This document shows positions 50,942 through 57,999 of a stretch of 64,000 nt of DNA, in pieces. Both the position numbers and the translations under genes were made by a program. Position 1 is the first letter of the stretch. Each line of letters starts with the position of its first letter. The DNA lies in assembly GCA_965205605.1 (NCBI GenBank), contig CBDBHE010000007.1, positions 640,001 through 704,000 of the forward strand. Reading direction: 5' to 3'. The notes beneath the pieces are model-generated. The model was not told the origin of the DNA and searched no databases. It saw only the letters and a program-made list of their open reading frames with translations. This stretch comes from Spirochaetota bacterium. GTDB lineage: Bacteria; Spirochaetota; UBA12135; COTS27; CBDBHE01.

Positions 50942-52051
50942 TCATAAAGTAATAATATTAACAACATTGCCTTCATCATCGAGCTTTATAAGAACACTTG
51001 TTGGATACGTAGTTCCTTTTATGGTTTCACCTGAAATCAAAGTTCCGTGACTGACTTCGCCGTTTTCGTGAAATTTAACTTTAGTCAATTTAGCTGTAGT
51101 GCTTCCTTTAAAAGTTACCATTTCCGCATTTGCACCGCTCCCTACTTGTAGGGTTTGATCTCCTGAGGCTAAATATCCTTGACGGACTTCGTCGTTTTCG
51201 TGAAAGTTAATAGTAGTGCCTCCTTTAAAAGTTATCATTTTTGCATTTGCACCGCTCCCTACTTGTAGGGTTTGATCTCCTGAAGCTAACGCTCCGTAAT
51301 TGAAGGCACCGTTTTCGTAAAAATTAACGGTAGTGCCTCCTTTAAAAGTTATCATTTTTGCATTTGCACCGCTCCCTACTTGTAGGGTTTGATCTCCTGA
51401 AGCTAACGTTCCGTAATTGAAGGCACCGTTTTCGTAAAAATTAACGGTAGTGCCTCCTTTAAAAGTTATCATTTTTGCATTTGCACCGCTCCCTACTTGT
51501 AGGGTTTGATCTCCTGAAGCTAACGTTCCGTAATTGAAGGCACCGTTTTCGTAAAAATTAACGGTAGTACCTCCTTTAAAAGTTACCATTTTTGCATCGC
51601 TCCCTATTTGTAGGGTTTGATCTGAGACTAACGTTCCGTAACTGACTTCGCCGTTTTTGTGAAATTTAACTCTAGTGCTTTCTTTAAAAGTTACCATTTT
51701 TGCACCGCTCCCTATTTGTAGGGTTTGATCTCCTGAGGCTAACGTTCCGTAATTGAAGGCACCGCTTTCGTGAAAGCTAACGGTAGTGCCTCCTTTAAAA
51801 AGGAGAGCATGCTTTAGCCCTATTATTTCTTGATCTCCGTCTAATGCTGCTCTCTTTATGCTTCCATCCGGGTGCCTAGTTGCACTAGAACTAGAAGAAT
51901 AGGTAAGGTCTTCAGATGGGGTTACTTCTTCTTTTATTACTTTCAGCAATTCTGTTATTCTCGGCTCCTCTGGCAATTGCAATTCCAATTCTCCACAAGA
52001 GATCAAAGTAATTAAAAAGGCGATACTAAAAAAAAAAGTTATTTTTTTCAT
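50942..52051 (-). CDS. Repeat lipoprotein A: six 36-39-aa repeats plus a capping repeat (MORN-variant-like FxENG...GTL)
   Basis: Lipobox LITLISC; repeat FKGGTTVNFYENGAFNYGTLASGDQTLQVGSGANAKMIT. Confidence 0.88.
   Translation of the reverse strand: MKKITFFFSIAFLITLISCGELELQLPEEPRITELLKVIKEEVTPSEDLTYSSSSSATRHPDGSIKRAALDGDQEIIGLKHALLFKGGTTVSFHESGAFNYGTLASGDQTLQIGSGAKMVTFKESTRVKFHKNGEVSYGTLVSDQTLQIGSDAKMVTFKGGTTVNFYENGAFNYGTLASGDQTLQVGSGANAKMITFKGGTTVNFYENGAFNYGTLASGDQTLQVGSGANAKMITFKGGTTVNFYENGAFNYGALASGDQTLQVGSGANAKMITFKGGTTINFHENDEVRQGYLASGDQTLQVGSGANAEMVTFKGSTTAKLTKVKFHENGEVSHGTLISGETIKGTTYPTSVLIKLDDEGNVVNIITL
51110..51800 (-). repeat. ~117-bp coding tandem repeats, three nearly identical units centrally
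   Basis: Recurrent gggtttgatctcctga.gctaacgttccgt core at ~117-bp spacing. Confidence 0.92.
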
Positions 52052-52241
52052 GGTTTTTCTCTTTCACTATTTTATGAAATAATAAAAGCGTTTTAATAAT
52101 TAATTATAGTATAAAAATATTATAAATACTAAGAAATATTATAAATGCTAAGTGTAAGGCTTGGTATTTAAATTTAATCTCTGTTGGAGCGTGATTATTT
52201 TTTAAATTTAAAAAAAAGGAAAATTTTTATCGATGACCACG

Positions 52242-52260
52242 CTGAGCATAATGTGCTCAG
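52242..52260. other. Palindrome at the duplication junction
   Basis: CTGAGCA-TAATG-TGCTCAG within the 22-nt spacer between copies A and B. Confidence 0.75.
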
Positions 52261-52401
52261 ATTGATTGATTCCATTTTAAAAGCATTTTACTTAAAAAGA
52301 AATTATTTTTTGACAACAATTTACAAGTTTCTTTTTATTTATTTATATACAATCCGTAGGATCCCCAGTTCCTATGATTTTCTCTTGCTCATAACATAAG
52401 C

Positions 52402-53242
52402 TCATAAAGTAATAACATTAACAACATTACCTTCATCATCAAGATTTATAAGAACACTTGTTGGATACGTAACTCCTTTTATGGTTTCATCTGGAACTAA
52501 CGTTCCGTGACTGATTTCGCCGTTTTCGTGAAAAAAAACTCTAGTGTTTCCTTTAAAAGTTATCATTTCCGCATTTGCATCGCTCCCTACTTGTAGGGTT
52601 TGATCTCCTGAGGCTAACGTTCCGTGACTGACTTCGCCGTTTTCGTGAAAATTAACTGCAGTGCTTTCTTCAAAAGTTACCATTTTTGCATTTGCACCGC
52701 TCCCTACTTGTAGGGTTTGATCTCCTGAGGCTAACGTTCCGTAACTGACTTCGCCGTTTTCGTGAAAAAAAACTATAGAGCTTCCTTTAAAGGTTATCAT
52801 TTTTGCATTTGCACCGCTCCCTACTTGTAGCTAAGGTTTGATCTCCTGAGGCTAACGTTCCGTGACCGACTTCGCCGTTTTCGTGAAAGTTAACTATAGA
52901 GCTTCCTTTAAAGGTTATCATTTTCGCATTTGCATCGCTCCCTATTTGTAGGGTTTGATCTCCTGAAGCTAACGTTCCGTGACTGACTTCGCCGTTTTCG
53001 TGAAAGTCAACTGTAGTGCCTCCTTTAAAAAGCAAAGCATGTTTTAGTCCTATTATTTCTTGATCTCCATCTAATTTTGTTCTCTTTATACTTCCATCCG
53101 GGTACCTAGTTGTACTAAAATAGCTAAGGTCTTCTGATGATGGGGTTACTTCTTTCATTAATTCCGGCTCCTCTGGCAATTTTCTACAAGAGATCAACGT
53201 AATTAAAAAGGTGATACTAAAAAAAAAAGTTATTTTTTTCAT
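52402..53242 (-). pseudogene. Repeat lipoprotein B (four repeats plus cap), frameshifted by a 4-nt insertion
   Basis: Extra CTAA at 52831-52834 relative to sister repeats; removing it gives one 278-aa ORF joining 52787-53242 and 52402-52800. Confidence 0.88.
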
Positions 53243-53504
53243 GGTTTTTTTGTTTTACTATTTTATGAAACAATGAAAACGCTTTAATAATTAATTATAT
53301 TATGAAAATACTATAAATACTAAGTATAAAGCTTGGTATTTATATATTTAATCTCTGTTGGAGTGTGGTTATTTTTTAAATTAAAAAAAAGGAAAATTTT
53401 TATCAATGACCCGATTCATAGCCTCTTAGTGCTTTCTGGCAAGTGACTAAATAGCGTTATTAAAGAAGATGGCTTTAATTAGCATCAAGATAAATGTCAA
53501 AGTA

Positions 53505-53533
53505 TTGACTTCTTAAATTTTAATTTTTATCTT
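53505..53533 (+). promoter_or_regulatory. Putative sigma70 promoter facing tRNA-Ala
   Basis: TTGACT-17 bp-TATCTT; a second TATAAT at 53606-53611. Confidence 0.45.
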
Positions 53534-53620
53534 TTTTATGGCTTTAAACTTGTTAGTCATTGCCTATTTTTAGTAATCCTTTTATTTTACCTATTTTTTT
53601 GATAGTATAATTTTTTCATT

Positions 53621-53693
53621 GGGGATGTAGCTCAGTTGGGAGAGCGTCACAATGGCATTGTGAAGGTCGTCGGTTCGATCCCGATCATCTCCA
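53621..53693 (+). tRNA. tRNA-Ala (GGC); no encoded CCA
   Basis: GGGGATG/CATCTCC stem with G3:U70, loop ATGGCAT. Confidence 0.96.
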
Positions 53694-53707
53694 TTGTTTT
53701 GTTTTTC

Positions 53708-55009
53708 CTAGAGTGCTTTAAGCATTCTTTCAAAAACAAGCTTAAACTTTCGTTTTATTGTTTTCAACCTAATCATAATCATCGGAAAAGAAATAAAAAA
53801 ACTTTCATATTGAGAAGGGGGTAAATAAATCCCTGTTTGTAAACATGCTTTAAAAAATTTTTCATAAAGCTTGAGGTTTGATTTTAGGACTTCTTCGTAA
53901 AAAGTAGGTTTTTTAGAGGTAAAAAAAATGGTCATCATAGAGCCTATTCTTTGAATACTAGCGGGTATTTGGTATTGAGTGATGAGGCTTGTTAGGGTTT
54001 CTTCAAATTTAAAAGACCAAGTATTGAGTCGAGCATAAAAGTCTTTTCTCCTTTCAATTTCTTCTAAACTAGCCAGTCCTGCTGCCATTGCAATAGGGTT
54101 TCCAGATAAAGTCCCTGCTTGGTAAATCCCTCCCTCAGGAGCAAGATCTTTGAAAAAACTAGCTTTGCCTCCATACGCTCCTACAGGAAAACCTCCCCCA
54201 ATAATTTTTCCAAAAACACTAAGATCGGCATTCACCTTATATAGTCCTCCCGCTCCTTTAGTACCCATTCTAAATCCAGTCATGACTTCGTCAAAAATTA
54301 GTAATGATTTATTTTGCTTACTGATTTTTCTCAGTCCTTCAAGAAATCCTTCCTTAGGTAAAACTACTCCCATGTTTCCAGCAATAGGTTCGACAATGAT
54401 GGCTGCGATCGTTTGCTTATTTTTTTCAAAAAGAGCCTCAACACTTTTTAAATCATTAAAACGAGCGATTAGTGTATCTTTTGCATTGCCTTCTGTTACA
54501 CCCAAGCTACTTGGTTTCCCAAGAGATAATGCCCCAGATCCTGCTTTAATCAGAAAAAAATCGGCATGCCCATGATAACAGCCTTCAAATTTAATGATTT
54601 TTTCTCTTTTTGTTACACCTCTTGCCAAACGAATGGCTGACATGGTGGCTTCAGTGCCTGAATTAACCATTCTTATTTTTTCAATAGAAGGCACCCACTG
54701 TTTGATTTTTTGAGCTAAAGCAATTTCTAGAGGACAGGTAGCTCCAAAAGTAGTGCCTTTTTTTAAAGCATTTTGGACTTCCTTGATGACTTTTTTATTT
54801 TGGTGCCCTAAAATAAGAGGGCCATACGATCCTACAAAATCAAGGTATCGATTACCATCGACGTCATAAATATAGGCTCCCTTTCCTTTTTTAATGATTA
54901 ATGGACTGGCATTAACACTTTTAAAAGCTCTTACAGGAGAATTCACTCCCCCAGGAAGGACTTTTTTGGCTTCTTTAAAGAATTCTAAACTTTTTTTATG
55001 TTTCTTCAT
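53708..55009 (-). CDS. hemL: Glutamate-1-semialdehyde 2,1-aminomutase
   Basis: PGGVNSPVRA, NSGTEATM, FDEVMTGFR, GKIIGGG, QAGTLSGNP. Confidence 0.97.
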   Translation of the reverse strand: MKKHKKSLEFFKEAKKVLPGGVNSPVRAFKSVNASPLIIKKGKGAYIYDVDGNRYLDFVGSYGPLILGHQNKKVIKEVQNALKKGTTFGATCPLEIALAQKIKQWVPSIEKIRMVNSGTEATMSAIRLARGVTKREKIIKFEGCYHGHADFFLIKAGSGALSLGKPSSLGVTEGNAKDTLIARFNDLKSVEALFEKNKQTIAAIIVEPIAGNMGVVLPKEGFLEGLRKISKQNKSLLIFDEVMTGFRMGTKGAGGLYKVNADLSVFGKIIGGGFPVGAYGGKASFFKDLAPEGGIYQAGTLSGNPIAMAAGLASLEEIERRKDFYARLNTWSFKFEETLTSLITQYQIPASIQRIGSMMTIFFTSKKPTFYEEVLKSNLKLYEKFFKACLQTGIYLPPSQYESFFISFPMIMIRLKTIKRKFKLVFERMLKAL

Positions 55010-55042
55010 TTGTTTTTATCCTTTTTCAAGAAATGTTTTTTT

Positions 55043-55945
55043 TTATTTTAATTTTTTTTTAATCACCTCTACCATCAAAGGAACCTTTTCTCTAGCTTCT
55101 TCTATCTTAAAATCTGTATATAAAGGAATAATATTTTTTCTTTGTTCATCGCTTACCAAAGTTTTAAAATAAAGACGGTTTTTTTTGATATAAGCATACG
55201 CACTTAAAGGAGACTGGCAAGAGGCATTTAAAGCATTCATAAACATTCTTTCTGCTTTGGCACAAATTTCAGTTTTTTTGTCATTAATTTGTTTGAGATG
55301 TTGAAGCAATGTTTTGTTTTCTATAGGACATTCGATGGCAATGATCCCTTGCCCGGGGGCGGGAATAAAGTCGCTGGTTGAAAAAAAATGAATGTTGGCA
55401 TAATGAAGTCCTAGTCTTTTAATCGCTGCATTTGCCATAACGATAGCGTGATAAGGTCCTCTTGGGTCTTTTAATTTTTTGATTCGAGTTTCGATGTTTC
55501 CTCGTATCGCCTTGAAAATAAACTTTTTTTTTAAATACTCTAAATTCATCATTCTTCTAGGGCTACTAGTGCCAATAATAGAGTGCTTAGAAAGCTCCTT
55601 AAAGGTTGTTTTTTCTTCTTTAATTAAAAGAATATCCCTTGGGTCTTCTCGTTTTAAATAAGCGGCAATGATGAGTCCTTTGGGTTGATCTTTTGGCATA
55701 TCTTTTAAACTATGCACCGCCAAATCACTTTCTTTTTTGATTAAAGAGGCTTCTAATTCTTTTACAAAAACACCTTCCCCTCTAAAATGCCAAAGAGGCT
55801 CTTTTGCTTCATCTCCTTTAGTTTTGATAGGAAGGATTTTTGTTTTGAGTTTAGAATCAAGAGTTTGTAAGAGTTTTTGTACTTGTTTAGCTTGCACTAA
55901 GGCTAAAGTGCTCTTTCTAGTGACGATGGTTATACAAGATTTCAT
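55043..55945 (-). CDS. hemC: Hydroxymethylbilane synthase
   Basis: TRKSTLALVQ, AVHSLKD, GTSSPRR, RGNIETR, PAPGQG. Confidence 0.95.
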   Translation of the reverse strand: MKSCITIVTRKSTLALVQAKQVQKLLQTLDSKLKTKILPIKTKGDEAKEPLWHFRGEGVFVKELEASLIKKESDLAVHSLKDMPKDQPKGLIIAAYLKREDPRDILLIKEEKTTFKELSKHSIIGTSSPRRMMNLEYLKKKFIFKAIRGNIETRIKKLKDPRGPYHAIVMANAAIKRLGLHYANIHFFSTSDFIPAPGQGIIAIECPIENKTLLQHLKQINDKKTEICAKAERMFMNALNASCQSPLSAYAYIKKNRLYFKTLVSDEQRKNIIPLYTDFKIEEAREKVPLMVEVIKKKLK

Positions 55946-55978
55946 GAGTTAATTTTTTAGAAGAAACAAAAAAAAGAA

Positions 55979-57184
55979 TTAGGGTTTGTTTTTTTTAGGT
56001 AATGATTTTTGATTTAAGTTTTTAATAAATTGGTTTAAGATATCTTCAATAAGTTTTTGATTTTCTTGTGCAAGAAAATGCATTTTTTTTGAGAAAAAAG
56101 AAAGAGTTTTTTGTTTGATCAGCTGTAAATCTTGTGGATTGTTTTCTAAGTTTCGAAGACTTTTTTGTTTCCAATACCACTTAGAGTAGTCATTAAGATG
56201 TTCTAAAATAATTTCACTTGCTTGAGCAAAATGATGGTGTCGATTTTTTTTATGACTATCAATAATAATTTTCAAATCATCGATAGAATATAAAATAAAA
56301 TGATCAAAATCATTGATGGTTGGATCAACATTTCTAGGGACCGATAAATCAATAATTAAGGTTGTTTTCACCCCGTAAGTTTTAATAAGAGGGTTTAAAA
56401 CATCTTTTTTAATAATAGGTGATTTGGAAGAAGTAGAAACAATGGTGACATCTGATTTGATAAGATATTGATGTTTTTCCTCGTAAGGGATCCAACTTCC
56501 GCTCACTTTTTTTGCTAAATCTTTTGCTTTTTTTTTAGAACGATTGGTAATCATGAGGTGTGCTTTTGTTCTTTTTTTTAAATGAGAAATCACATTTTTA
56601 CCCACTTTACCAGCTCCAATAATTAAAATATTGTTTTTAGTATTAAGAGAATGAATTTTTTTTACAAGTTCTACGCAAATAGAGCCAATAGAAACATTTC
56701 CTTTATTAATACCAGTTTGAGCCCTGACTTGTTTTCCTACTTGGATGGCTGTTTGAAAAACTTTATTGAGAATGCTTTCTGTTGTTTTTTTTTCAAGGGC
56801 TTTAAAATAAGCTTTTTTAACTTGTCCTAAAATTTCGTTTTCTCCTAAAATCATCGAATCCATCCCACAAGCAACTTTATAAAGATGTTCGATGGCATTA
56901 AGACTACTTTTTTGATAAATTTTTTCTTTTAAAGGGTGGATTTTTAATTTATGATGTTGTGTTAATACTTCGAGCATCTCTTTTAGTCCTTCTTTAGGTT
57001 GTTTTGAAACCCCATAATATTCCACTCGATTACACGTGCATAAAATAACGATGCCTTTAAGTGATTTGGCATGAGTTTTAATTTGAGGTAAAACTTGGTT
57101 TAATTTCCCTTCTGAAAGAAAAAATTTTTCTCTTAATTCTAAAGGAGTGGTTTTATGATTAAGCCCAATAAGGAGAAGATCCAT
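55979..57184 (-). CDS. hemA: Glutamyl-tRNA reductase
   Basis: HKT...RE, TCNRVE, DSMILGENEILGQ, GAGKVG, DLSVPRNV. Confidence 0.95.
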   Translation of the reverse strand: MDLLLIGLNHKTTPLELREKFFLSEGKLNQVLPQIKTHAKSLKGIVILCTCNRVEYYGVSKQPKEGLKEMLEVLTQHHKLKIHPLKEKIYQKSSLNAIEHLYKVACGMDSMILGENEILGQVKKAYFKALEKKTTESILNKVFQTAIQVGKQVRAQTGINKGNVSIGSICVELVKKIHSLNTKNNILIIGAGKVGKNVISHLKKRTKAHLMITNRSKKKAKDLAKKVSGSWIPYEEKHQYLIKSDVTIVSTSSKSPIIKKDVLNPLIKTYGVKTTLIIDLSVPRNVDPTINDFDHFILYSIDDLKIIIDSHKKNRHHHFAQASEIILEHLNDYSKWYWKQKSLRNLENNPQDLQLIKQKTLSFFSKKMHFLAQENQKLIEDILNQFIKNLNQKSLPKKNKP

Positions 57185-57185
57185 T

Positions 57186-57983
57186 TTAATTTTTAATTAA
57201 AGATAATGTAATAAGAATGCTTAAAAATCCAAATGCGTATAGTTTTAGATAGGTTGTTTTTGAAGCCTTGTTGATTTTCTTTAAAAAAAGAAATGTGAAA
57301 AAAATCAAAATGGTAATACTAGAAGTAATTAATTTGATAATAATAGGTTTTGAAAAGTTTTGCGTCATCGAAGAAAATTGATACCCTAGTAAAAATCCAA
57401 CAGTTAATAATAGACAACTAATAAAAATAAAAGTATTAATTTGTTTTTCTAGTAATTCTAAAGAAGGTAAGCGCTGAAATAAAAAAGAATCTTTTTTTTC
57501 TTTGATGTTTTTAAATCGTTGGTTAAAAATAATCGTTAAAAGAAAACTATAGCAGATAAGGCCGTAAGCTAAAAGAGAAACTGAGATATGACCAATAATA
57601 ATGAGTTGATGAGTATGATAGGGGGTGTGAAGATTGGCAAAAGGAGGGTAGAGCTGTGCTTGAAGAAAAATAAAAGTAATGACGGGAAAAACAAAAATTC
57701 CCATAAAAAAATGTTGACTAAAATAATTCATTAAAACAAAAATGGCATTTAAAGCCCACGATAAAAAAACAAGGGATTCATATAAATTTAAAAATGGGAG
57801 TCGTTGTCGATTGAGACTAAAGACAACAAGATAAAAAGTAGATAATAGCATTGTGACAATGGCAAAAAAAGAAACAGTAAGACGAAGCTTTGTATTAGAA
57901 TGAATGAAGTAAATAATATTTAAAATACACACAAACATTAGCAAAGAAGCATAAATTGTTTTAAGGATACTTTCTAAAATCAT
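57186..57983 (-). CDS. ccsA: Cytochrome c assembly / HemX-like membrane protein
   Basis: About 8 TMs, LYESL, HIS...LLAYG, RLPSLELLE; directly upstream of hemA. Confidence 0.75.
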   Translation of the reverse strand: MILESILKTIYASLLMFVCILNIIYFIHSNTKLRLTVSFFAIVTMLLSTFYLVVFSLNRQRLPFLNLYESLVFLSWALNAIFVLMNYFSQHFFMGIFVFPVITFIFLQAQLYPPFANLHTPYHTHQLIIIGHISVSLLAYGLICYSFLLTIIFNQRFKNIKEKKDSFLFQRLPSLELLEKQINTFIFISCLLLTVGFLLGYQFSSMTQNFSKPIIIKLITSSITILIFFTFLFLKKINKASKTTYLKLYAFGFLSILITLSLIKN

Positions 57984-57999
57984 TATTTTATAGAATCAA

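Larger units (their letters stand above)
50686..53411. repeat. Tandem duplication: copy A 50686-52238, copy B 52261-53411, each a lipoprotein gene plus both flanks
   Basis: Matching ends attgatt(c/g)attccattttaaaa... and ...aaatttttatc(g/a)atgacc; homologous flanks and genes. Confidence 0.9.

Noticed and set aside
50880-50945. Integron attC site after the lipoprotein genes
   Set aside because: No convincing RYYYAAC...GTTRRRY pair with L boxes, and no integrase
52028-52037. T10 tract in both lipoprotein signal peptides (also 53219-53228) as a phase-variation switch
   Set aside because: Both are in frame, and equal or longer tracts are common in housekeeping genes here
50639-52399. Similar small plus-strand ORFs 50639-50896 and 52184-52399 as a gene family
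   Set aside because: The similarity is explained by duplicated non-coding flanks; one overlaps sucC and the other spans the duplication junction
51110-53030. Regular repeats with variable interiors as a CRISPR array
   Set aside because: The period is ~117 bp and in frame, the variable parts are homologous to each other, and there are no cas genes
50942-53242. Diversity-generating retroelement acting on the lipoproteins
   Set aside because: No reverse transcriptase in the window, and the differences are not confined to adenines
53636-53824. 62-aa ORF
   Set aside because: Overlaps tRNA-Ala and the end of hemL
54150-55952. Plus-strand ORFs within hemL and hemC (and similar short ORFs inside purL, prs, aceE, aceF, purH, trpS, sucD)
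   Set aside because: Shadow frames of well-supported genes with no motifs of their own
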